Shown here: one piece after another, positions 54,501 to 64,000 of the stretch | How the letters are laid out: every line of letters begins with the position of its first letter | Numbering within the stretch: position 1 is the first letter of the stretch | DNA from: Bugula neritina | Lineage: Eukaryota; Animalia; Bryozoa | Direction: 5' to 3' | Assembly (NCBI GenBank): GCA_964035545.1 | Contig: OZ037766.1 | Span: 12,948,722 to 13,012,721 of the forward strand | DNA: 64,000 bases | Program-made: the position numbers and the translations under genes | The notes under the pieces: model-generated | The model's input: only the letters and a program-made list of their open reading frames with translations | Told to the model about the DNA's origin: nothing | The model's database searches: none

Positions 54501-57500
54501 TTACTGCACTACCCGAAAGGAACTGCTGGCAGTAATCAAGTCGGTGAAGCATTTCAGACCTTATCTATACGGCAGGAAGTTCCGCTTGCGGACCGACCAC
54601 GCCTCCTTGATTTGGTTATGCAAGAGAGCAGAACCGTCCAGCCAAGTCGCCCGATGGCTCGAAGTCCTGGCCGAATTCTCTTACCGGATCGAGCATCGGC
54701 CCGGTAAGAAACACGGCAATGCTGATGGACTGAGCCGGCGACCGGACGAGGGGTGCAAACAGTGCCTCAACATCGAGAAGAGGGATGGAGGTCCCCCAAA
54801 ATCCGAGTTGAGGGCATTGAACCACCCTGAAACGGAGTATGACTGGGACCAGGGTCAACTCCTACAGAAGGCCACTACGCCCCCGGAGGCTATCCAACGT
54901 CTCCGTGCCAATCCTGTCTTGGCTGATAACGTCAGGGAGCTACGAAGACTCCAAGAGGACCTCCCCGGAGTAGTAGCCGACGTATATCGAGCCAAAAAGG
55001 AGGGGCGACGACCCAGTGAAGAACAGCTGCGGCAGGGATGCACCGAGTTACGGTTGTACTGCCAACGTTGGGACTCCCTGCGGATCGGGCCAGATGGTCT
55101 GCTGACCATCACAGTAGCCGCCTACAACAGCCAGTACGGAAGAAAGCGGGTGATCTGCCCAGCCGCCATACGCCGGGAGTTAGTATGGGACACCCACAAA
55201 CAGGCCCACGCCGGGGTAAGCAGGGTGCTCTCCAAGTTACAGCTCCGGTGGTACTGGCCCGGCATGGAGCGTGAGGTACGGCGTAGAGTCAAACAATGCG
55301 AAATCTGCCAGGCCAGCAAGCATGGCCGTCTCCCTGGCGAAGCGGGACGGCGTAGGCTATATGCTGGGAGGCCATGGCAGGTGGTAGCTGTCGACCTAGT
55401 CGGACCCATGCCCGTCACCCCCAGAGGAAACAGTTGGATACTAGTATTAACCGACCACTTTACACGGTGGGCGGACGCCCTGGCTATTCCAAATGCGTCC
55501 GCCCCGACGGTGGCCAGGGTGCTAGACCAAAATGTATTCTGCTACCTCGGACTACCCGAGCAGATACATTCGGATCAGGGGGCTCAATTCCAGTCTCAAC
55601 TGTTGAGCGACCTCTGCCGCCTCTGGGGAGTAAACCAAAGCAGGACCACCCCGTACCATCCTCAGGGCAACGGGGTGGTGGAACGCAACAACCGCATGTT
55701 GGGCGATGCACTGCGCAGTCTGCTCCTCGGCCGGGGTCAGGAGGAATGGGATACGGTACTACCGCAGGTCATGCGGGCCTACCGTAGTACACCACACACC
55801 AGTACGAAGGAAACCCCTAACCTCCTGATGCTCGGTCGAGAGACGCGAGTGCCTGACCACCTCACATACCACATCCCAGAGCAAGACTATACTATCCACG
55901 AGTATGCCAGTAAATTGATAGAGGACCTGAGGGCCGCACACGAAATACTGCGAGCAAAGCAGTGGCAGGTACGGCAGGAGGACTCTCAGGAACCACCCCT
56001 CTATCAAACTGGGGACTGGGTGTGGATGATCAACTACCGTAGGCGTCGAGGACAAGCGGCTAAGCTCCAGCCTAAGTTTGTGGGACCCTACGTAGTAGTT
56101 GAGGCGATGCCCAATCATACGTACAAGTTGGAGCGATCTGGACAGGTCTCTGTCCAGAATGAAGCCCGCTTGAAACCGTATTGGGCTAGCCCAGGAGCAG
56201 CAGGAGCAGCCCCCCCCCCCCCCCGTTGTTGGAGCCCAGGAGGCAGACAGCAACGCGCGGGCGGCAACGGCATGGACCAGAATACGAAGTGGTTGTGCCG
56301 CGGGAGGAGGACTTGGTGAAGCAGGAAACGCCACTCCCACCAACGGAAGTGCGCCCACCGCCCCCAGTACCAAGTCTACCCCCACCACTTCCGGATCCGC
56401 GTCCGGAAGTGCAAAACCCCCCCGTGGGAGGGGCTCCATCCGGAGACAACAGCGGAGAGGGAAATGCCATCATCAACGACGGGCCAGAAACACCACAAGT
56501 GGAGCAAAATAGCCCACCAGTGAGTACACCACCCCAACCAACAACTACAACCCCCTCTCCAGCTAATACGTCACCTCCCCTGGAACGAGGACAGCGTACT
56601 AGACAACCCCCAGCATACCTGAAAGACTTCGTATGTGACCGTGTTGCAAACGGCAGTTACGAAAGTCCAGCTGGGCGCCGTACGGAAGGACTGGCAACAA
56701 AGCGTGGGAGTTGTGAACACCACGGAAATCTCAACTTTTGCGAAGGCGGAGTAGTAAACAAAACTACTACGCCCGGGGCAAATAGTTCCAGCCGTGCGCA
56801 ACAACCACGCTGCCCAGTCTTTTCCTACGCTGACGTTGTCAAGGGCAGACGCATTCAAACTCAATCCACGGACATCCAAGCTTGAACGCTGAGTATGATT
56901 ACAAATACCGGGTTCTCAGGTAAGCTTGCTCTGAACTAACATTTCCACTCATGGAAACAAGTCTACCATCAGTCAGTTCTGATTTAATCGCCCTGATTGA
57001 ATCACAACTACTGGGGACTGAGTCCTACGTGAAAGGCGACGAGAACATAACGATGGCCGACGATCTACTAGATCTGGAGCTTGACACTATGTCTCTCTGT
57101 CAGTCTACACGACACGACTCAGTCCCTCGAGTGCCATCTAAAAAGATGTATGACTCCCAGACTAGTAACAGTCGGTTGTCATCAGAATTATGGTGTAAAG
57201 ATCACACTCGATCTAACAATAATTCTGCTCTTTTAGATACCGCTCTCTCTCCTCTTCCTTGTGACATGCCGTCATTGGAAATGGCTTGGAACGAGGAACC
57301 CGTTCCCACTACACTTCCGGAAGCACTCTTACACCAGTCATGCTGGGTTACCCCAGACACAGAAGCACTTATTCGAGAACACAAGGGCGATGACCAATGC
57401 ACCACCTGCCGTTTATGCCAGCTTCATTTCACCACCCCACGAAGACTTCGAGTTCACGTTCCCCAACATTATTTCACCACCTTTTGTCCCTGTGGTGAAT

Positions 57501-59432
57501 ATAGTTACCACAGGGACTACATCCTCCGTCACCAGCGGACTATGGGATGCCATGTTGGACATCTTTTCGAAGTCGACGAACCCTCCTTCCCACAATTCCT
57601 TGATCTCATCCGACCATTTATATCAGACCCGACTCACTATGAACGGCTGCGTCAGGAGTTCCCCGCACCCAGGACCATCACACAAGGACCCTGCCCTAAA
57701 CCACCCGGATATAGGAGACCACACGCACCCCGTCCATCACCCCCCGCACGCACAGTGCCCCGCCCCGACTCCATACCTAGAGTCGTGCTACGACGCATCG
57801 AAGTACCACAGCGATGGCGTCCCTCTCCCCCCGTCTCCCCAAGGCCTTCTCGTAAACGGCGTTGGCCATCTTCGTCTCCCAACCGGCACTCTGCCCCCGC
57901 CCGGAACCTAGGAGAAGCAGAAGAGCGGATACGAGAACTAGAGGAGGAAGTGCAAAGGCTGACACCGAGAATCTCTGCCGCCGCATCTGAACTCCGGGCC
58001 CTCTCTGCCTCTGTAGCCCGAATGAAAGGAAGCGCTTGAAGACGACATCCCCAAACTCCCTACCCGTGATGGTATCGCAGGTGGTGCCCCATCTCGAACC
58101 CCTCTCATGCCCGGTGCTAACGAACAATTCCTCAGTGTGACAATCTTATAGTAACCTACAAGTATGCATCTCTAACTCTATGGACTATTCACTTACAAGT
58201 GCCTCTCCCGTCAGTGTCATAGTGTGTTTTTACTGTTATATATTTTTTTTATATTTTTTTATTATTGTACATAGTCATATTCTTTCTTTTATGTGCCATA
58301 CGCTCTCTCAATTTTTAAGCTTTTTTTTTTAACGTTTTGTGTCTTAGTGTTAACTGTATCTGTGTTATCAGAAAGTAGGGCTTTCTGCTGGGGGGGGCGG
58401 TGTAGTGAGTACGTAATACGCGCGTCCCCCAAGCCCCTTTAGCCAATAAGAGTGCGTCATGTGATAACCCCCAGCGATGTAGAAAGTAGTAGTAGAGAGA
58501 GCGTACTAAACGAGTAAAGATGTAGTGTTTCTAATCTGTGTACTTTTTGTATCTTTCAACCTACTTAGTAGTAAATAAACCTCGTTGAATCTTATTTAGA
58601 CAATTTATTGATGTGGATAAATAGACTATAATTACAAGCTAGGAACATACGTGCAGTAATTGCACAAATTACTACACTATTAGTATTACTAATAGTAATA
58701 CTTATTATAATACTAATACTTTGACTTTACATATTGAGATACTGATGTTCATAGTCATACTGATAGTTATGCTCATACGGTTATAACTTATAGATAATCA
58801 TAATAGCATCAGTAGAACTAGAAGTAGGTATAAGTATAACTGTAACAAACCAATATCAATATGTGAAATGCTACAATGGAGACAGAGTAATGACCAATGA
58901 GTATTCAAAATTCATATAACTGAAAGTGAAATAACTACAAGATTAACTTTGAGTGTATAACTAATAGTAATAGTAATACTACTACTTATACTTATAAGTT
59001 ATAGTTTATTAGTTTACTTAACTTATATTTATACTTATACTTATAGTTATACTAATCTAATACTTATACTAGTGTATTCACAGTATTGCATTTGCCACAT
59101 TAAAAATAAACATTTATGTTTTTATTTTATTTTTGACATCTTGATATTCATCTTCAATTATTATTATATTCTGATATTCATATTGATAATCATAATGTCT
59201 AATTTAAATTATGATATTCCAAATTCAAATTGTAAACGGTAAATGAGTAAATGTAATGGCTTATACTCACAGTTAGACTTAGTGTAATACTTATAGTTAT
59301 TGCGTGCATTAAAATTATTGGTCAATTCAAACATTATCACTATACAATAATTAGATCAATCCATAAAAACATTAGTACTAAATTTAACAGATAATAGCTT
59401 TGAATATATAGAACTAACCTTGCTAACGCCAT
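48540..59432 (-). CDS. SDHC: Succinate dehydrogenase cytochrome b560 subunit, mitochondrial, ~179 aa
   Basis: Exons 59432-59419 (MALAR), 50329-50246, 50127-50017, 49688-49627, 49510-49347, 48644-48540 (540 nt). Motifs [26 protein letters not shown] and YHAINGARHLGWDTGKGF. Confidence 0.93.
51109..51385 (+). repeat. 5' LTR (277 bp)
   Basis: TGTAGT...ACTACA terminal inverted repeat. Contains CCAAT and AATAAA. Six substitutions and one indel versus the 3' LTR. Confidence 0.97.
51387..51405 (+). other. Primer binding site complementary to the tRNA-Leu 3' end
   Basis: TGGTGGCAGCGGTGGGATT, 1 nt after the LTR. It is the complement of ...AATCCCACCGCTGCCACCA, the 3' end of metazoan tRNA-Leu(AAG/TAG). 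Confidence 0.85.
51448..52661 (+). pseudogene. gag: gag with CCHC zinc knuckle, frameshifted at a G9 run (51660-51668)
   Basis: APVFTGLEDVEQFIQEF..W in one frame continues as VDGIIATLRARFG in another. CWECGIKGHRRSSC knuckle present. Confidence 0.9.
52590..56885 (+). pseudogene. pol: pol (protease, RT, RNase H, integrase, Pro-rich tail) with frameshifts at ~53887 and at the C15 run 56210-56224
   Basis: FLLDSG protease. WRFCVDYRKLN and YLDD RT. LDTDAS...ELLAV...TDH RNase H. HKQAH..CEIC, VDL..SDQG..VER and GPY integrase. PFGLTSAP|ATFQR is broken by a 1-nt loss. The start is approximate. Confidence 0.93.
56951..58039 (+). CDS. Retrotransposon ORF3: 362-aa C2H2 zinc-finger / Pro-Arg-rich / coiled-coil protein (not env)
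   Basis: Intact ORF between pol and the 3' LTR. CRLC-x3-F-x5-L-x2-H-x3-H finger, second CPC-x12-H-x5-CH finger, PSRKRR, and C-terminal heptads LGEAEERIRELEEEVQRL. No signal peptide or TM segment visible. Confidence 0.85.
   Translation: METSLPSVSSDLIALIESQLLGTESYVKGDENITMADDLLDLELDTMSLCQSTRHDSVPRVPSKKMYDSQTSNSRLSSELWCKDHTRSNNNSALLDTALSPLPCDMPSLEMAWNEEPVPTTLPEALLHQSCWVTPDTEALIREHKGDDQCTTCRLCQLHFTTPRRLRVHVPQHYFTTFCPCGEYSYHRDYILRHQRTMGCHVGHLFEVDEPSFPQFLDLIRPFISDPTHYERLRQEFPAPRTITQGPCPKPPGYRRPHAPRPSPPARTVPRPDSIPRVVLRRIEVPQRWRPSPPVSPRPSRKRRWPSSSPNRHSAPARNLGEAEERIRELEEEVQRLTPRISAAASELRALSASVARMKGSA
58401..58676 (+). repeat. 3' LTR (276 bp) preceded by a polypurine tract
   Basis: GGGGGGGGCGG immediately upstream. 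Direct repeat of 51109-51385. Confidence 0.97.
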
Positions 59433-61321
59433 TTTTACTTTATGTAATCGTTTGGTTTCCAAAATGATTGACGGTCGCCTTCGAAACTTGCAATACGTGC
59501 GGCTTTCCAGGGCTATTAAATAGAGTTATTTTATAAACAGCTCGAAGTTGGGAATCGCTCAGTGCAATAGCTAAAAATTTTCGAGTTTGGGGTTGCAAGT
59601 TTCAATGTAAACCCCAACTCTACTATTGAGAATCCTAAATTACTGTTCTTAGTCACCCTTAACTTGAAGCTTCTTATAGAACAATTCTATCAAATAGGCA
59701 ACGGCTGGAATCGCCAAAAAATGTCTGTACTCGTCAATGATTATAAATGTTTGTATAAAATCGCTGTACCCAAGAGTTATCCAACCTACAAGAGAGAGAC
59801 AACTTAGTGGTTTATATTATGTATATTTTGTTAATAGATATTTAACACCCAGAGTCATATATTGTCTTTTTGTTATATACTAAACCCATTTTATTTGATG
59901 ATAAGCTGGGCCAGGTCTGAAAATAATCTGTAAATGATTATATCTACTATTATAATTATTATACCTGATAGGTGGCTTTATTAATTGTAGTTTGTTCACT
60001 TATATCCTACTTAAAAATGTAACTGATGCATGGTGTATCCATAAACTTTATGCATATTATAATCAATAAGCTTTGTTATTACTATTGTAGTATATACCAA
60101 TTTGATTAAAGTTATTGTGCATATCATATAACTATTTTCTTATATTCTAATTTATAGCTTCATGCTACTAAATTTGAGTTGAAGACTTTGTGGCTAGAGT
60201 AGAAAGAGCTCCCAAGATAAGGTTTTCAAGATCTAAATTGGCCAAGAGAAGAATATTATGATTCTAGCTTCTAGAAGTTGTTCATTTTTTTTCTCAATTA
60301 CTTGTATTAATCTAAGCAGCAATTGTATTGAAATTGCTGCTAGCTTCCACAAATATAACAAAGCAAGTTTGGCTATATTGGTAATAATGTGATATGCGTA
60401 ATGAATTTATTGCTTATATTCTATTTAGTAGCAAAACATTTAGTTTTAGATATTTAACGCTTTAATCCAAAGGAGCTGCCTTAGCTAGATAGATGTTTTG
60501 AATGAGCTATCAAAGCCCCTAATAAAAAACAACGGTTAGTATTAGTAACAGTTGCATGTAATGTGGCGCACTAAGCTCAGCTGGCGGTTTATTTTTCATT
60601 ACATACACTTAATATGTTGGGTAAGCTACCAGGTTTTGCTGCACCCTTACTACAACCACAACCAATTTTAGATAATTTCAGAACGCATGGAAAGACAAAA
60701 TGAAATACTACATGCGTTATTATATTATATACTTTTTTTCCCACTTCCCATTCCCTGTGGAAAACCTAAATGATCATCATTTTAGATAGGCTATGAATGG
60801 AAAACTATCTCTAACAATGCAATTGTTGATAGAAGTAACTAATTTTTCAAAGAGAAAAGACCCTGGATGACATTAGAAGTGTAAACAATACATGACTACT
60901 TTGTATGCAGTGTTGACCAATAGCAGCTGAGTATAGAAATTATAGCCTAACTTAAGCAGAATTTCAATATGAAATAAAACTTTGTCTTGCTCTATAAACA
61001 GTACGAAGTTGAGCCCTGAAAATTATTTAACATGTTTTAGCCCCTAAAAGAGTAACACAGGAGGATAATAGATTGTAGAGATATATGAGCTTTCAGTTAC
61101 CAAGAGCATAATCTTTAGAATTGGAAGCTGCTAAAAGAATTAAAAATTTGATATTGTTGTATTTTTGTGGGTTATGAGAATAGACTAAGTAGTCTGCATG
61201 CCAATTATTTATGATGAAATAAAGAGTCTTGATAAACTGTAATTAATAGTATTTATTGCTTCCTTCATCTGTGAGCTCCAGTAGTATACTGATTCATACT
61301 AGAAAAACTCACGCTTATATA

Positions 61322-61458
61322 CAGGGAATTTCCCGCCACTTGAGAGGGGGTCCGAAGTTCGTACGAAGTTCGGAGTTCCGGCGACCGATGTCGGAAACAT
61401 CCGGTCCGATCTCGGACAGGCTCCTCCGACATCGGTTCCGACTTCGGACGAGCTTCGG
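61322..61458. mobile_element. Probable terminus of a DNA transposon with CpG-rich TCCGA/TCGGA subterminal repeats
   Basis: Starts CAGGGAATTTCCCGCC after tatata. About 10 TCCGA/TCGGA/CCGA motifs arranged as an imperfect inverted repeat. No matching second terminus was found. Confidence 0.55.
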
Positions 61459-62316
61459 CTCACATAGTTAATTATTTATAAAACAAAAAAGAAAAGTGGC
61501 AGGGAATACAACTCACAAAAACTATTACAGTAAACAAACAAAAATAATAGGAAGGGCAATTCACAATCATTACGCTATTTACTACACTAAGAGCTTAGCT
61601 ATAATTACAATATTTGAGGCATTAGAAAGCTACGCAAGGAGCTTAGCTATAATTACAGCATTTACAGTATTTACAAAGTTACGCTAAGTCCATTATAATA
61701 GTGACGCGATATAATTACTAGAGCGTTAAAATCCATTACAATATCTTGATTATTTACAGCTACTTCCACTGTTGGAGCAATGCAGGAAATAGATACTATG
61801 GCGATCTTGTGCATCAAGGTTCGTGTGAACATACTTTCTCTGTTCCTAATTACTTTGTCCTACAGATCCTACAACTAATTTTATATTAAATTTTGGTCAT
61901 AGCTGTTACAATATTAACATTTAGTAAAGTGAATAATACACTATTGGTATTGGAAAAAAGAATGAAAGTATATTTATGGTAATGACCGGAAAAAATAGAA
62001 GTGAACAAAAATGGAATTATTTTATGACTTTAAAAGTTCTTTGGCAATAATGGTTTCTAGCAATGATGAACGTATTATAACAGTGAAGAGCATACATTAC
62101 TATCAACTGTCCCAAAATAAATAACAAACATATAAGAAGTCTTAGATATAAACAAACATTTTAGTGAGTTCAACAAGGTCCTTGTCATCACAATCAGTAT
62201 TTCACCTACATATAGCATCCTTTTTCATATAACTATGAATAGTAACCTATATATCTGTGGTTCAGAGCAATATAGAATATGCACAATCACAGAGACAACA
62301 TTTATTTAACTAACAG

Positions 62317-63579
62317 TTATTTAGTTTTTAAAGCATCTTCTAGGGTAGCTTTATCAAATCTGTGCTTCATCAATAATTTGCCATTGAAATGCACAACGGG
62401 TATTTCGTATCTGTATCTTGCCTTCCAGAACTTATTTTCAGCAAGAGAAATGTCAATCTCTTTATAATCAACCTACAGTATTTAAGCATTCCAGTAAATA
62501 AATTACATTCTGTGCCCATAATACATGAAATCTGTTGCAAACACCCTATATCAAAACGTGGAAAGATATTTGATTTCATCACTCAACAGTATCTACTTCA
62601 CAACTTTTTCAAACATTACCAGACATTCTCATAGTAAAACACTGACTGTGCATTAAATAAAGGTAACAAGATTAGGATATCATTCTTGTATTTTAGCTAT
62701 TAATAAAGTGCATAGCAATTAAACTGAGCTAAACTGAAGTTTCAAATAGAGTGATTTGTACAGCTAAACTTAATATTAAAATATTTATCTACAGTCATCT
62801 ACCATCAATTACAATCCACTTGAACCAACTATAAAAAGGTATTTTCAAACCTACTATTCGTTAGTACCATTACAAAGCTCAGATTAACCTGTTGCAAACT
62901 CACTACTAATTTTAGTTCCATAATTGGTGTGTAAATATTATTCCCACTATTACTGAACACTTGATAATGGGCATGTGAAAACATGAATGCACTTTCCATT
63001 TAGAATATTTTAAAACATGAATGTATTTGTTTTTTCTGTATATTTTAAAACTTGGCAACTTATGGTCAGCTTCTTTGAGACAAGTTTTAAAGTGCAGTAA
63101 AAGTTTAATTGGCATGATATTAAATGGGCCGCTGACCCCCCCCCCCTTGCTAACAGCAAAAATTATATGGGCATAATTTTGAAACTTGACACCACAAGTT
63201 ACTTTTAAACAATGATTTAAATTTAAGCATAAATCTTTAGTTGAAGTTTAAACAACTTTTCCACACCATGATTGTTGAAAAAATCCTAGCAAGTGAAGCA
63301 TTTCATTACTAGCTTGGCAAGAAATTAATCCTGCAGTATGCACTTTTACAGTAGGAAACAAATTTGTAACCTATTCAAACATACTTGATTTAAAACACTT
63401 ACTGCGGATTTATATGGCTCAATAGCTTCTTTCATTTCATCACACAAAGAGCATTCCCCTGATTTTGTAAACAATGTAAGAGATGGTCTAACATTATCAC
63501 AGGCTGTAGAAGACTGCCGGCACATACTCATACCTTTACAAACAAGTCTGCTAACCCGAAGACCACCAGCAGCATTCAT
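62317..63579 (-). CDS. C5orf63: Glutaredoxin-like protein, C5orf63/YDR286C family, ~110 aa, with a likely mitochondrial presequence
   Basis: Exons 63579-63403 (LTLFTKSGECSLCDEMKEAIEPY) and 62472-62317 (EIDISLAENKFWKARYRYEIPVVHFNGKLLMKHRFD-stop). Phase 0 junction. Confidence 0.88.
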
Positions 63580-64000
63580 GTTTTCCTGTCAATGCAATAA
63601 GAAAAACAATGATAGCATAACAACAGACAATACAACATAGCATGCAAGTACAATAAGGAAATCTAAATACTCTTAGCCTCACCTGAAAAGTGTTGAGGCA
63701 TTAACCTTTTTATTTGTAGTTAATTGGAGCTAATTTATTAGCATTTTTGAATAACATATTTCATTATGTCAAAGACCATAAAATTGACTATCAGAAAATT
63801 TTCTGCAAACTAAATTTTGACTGATATTTACAGTCTGATATCCATGCTAATGACACACTTGAAGTATATAATAAATATTTTTTCAAACACAATATTATGT
63901 TCTTTCTATGACTGAAATCAAAGAGAAAAAAATGATGAATAGTCATGGTGACAAACAGCCATTGGTATTAAACTTGTATTTGAAACTTGACTACCACTTT

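Larger units (their letters stand above)
51109..58676 (+). mobile_element. Full-length Ty3/Gypsy LTR retrotransposon (7568 bp) in SDHC intron 1, antisense to the host gene
   Basis: Paired TG...CA LTRs, 4-bp TSD CTAT (51105-51108 / 58677-58680), PBS, G-rich PPT, gag, and pol in PR-RT-RH-IN order. Confidence 0.98.

Noticed and set aside
56226-56885. Separate gene or chromodomain after integrase
   Set aside because: Reads as the Pro-rich pol tail (RGQRTRQPPAYLKDFV motif) displaced by the C15 run. No chromodomain residues are visible.
56951-58039. ORF3 as an envelope gene
   Set aside because: No signal peptide or transmembrane helix. It has zinc fingers and an NLS-like patch instead.
52789-58127. 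Numerous antisense and alternate-frame ORFs within the retrotransposon
   Set aside because: Expected by-products of GC-rich coding sequence, with no recognisable domains.
58604-58609. LTR-derived antisense AATAAA as a premature poly(A) signal for SDHC
   Set aside because: Such hexamers are common in these AT-rich introns. There is no specific support.

Overview
Eukaryotic (AT-rich, compact, intron-containing invertebrate-type) genomic DNA, not prokaryotic. I assembled seven spliced genes by hand from GT-AG junctions with consistent phase. (1) A giant type II membrane protein with two SEA domains and a >5.2 kb single-exon Thr/Ser/Glu tandem-repeat mucin domain, running off the left edge (minus). 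(2) A divergent macroH2A (minus). (3) CFAP52/WDR16 (minus), head-to-head with (4) a ZMYND15-like gene (plus) across an RFX X-box promoter. (5) A CCP110-like gene (plus), tail-to-tail with (6) SDHC (minus). (7) A C5orf63-like glutaredoxin (minus). SDHC intron 1 holds a full-length 7.6 kb Ty3/Gypsy LTR retrotransposon (LTRs ~97.5% identical, CTAT TSD, tRNA-Leu PBS). Its gag and pol are frameshifted, but it carries an intact non-env third ORF with an acidic N-terminus, C2H2 zinc fingers, an NLS-like patch and a coiled coil. This ORF3 is the best candidate for an undescribed system. Also present: several hAT-type MITEs (one with a nested element), tRNA-derived fragments, and a recurring TA-periodic low-complexity tract just downstream of most gene starts. 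Gene names rest on remembered family motifs; no database search was run.
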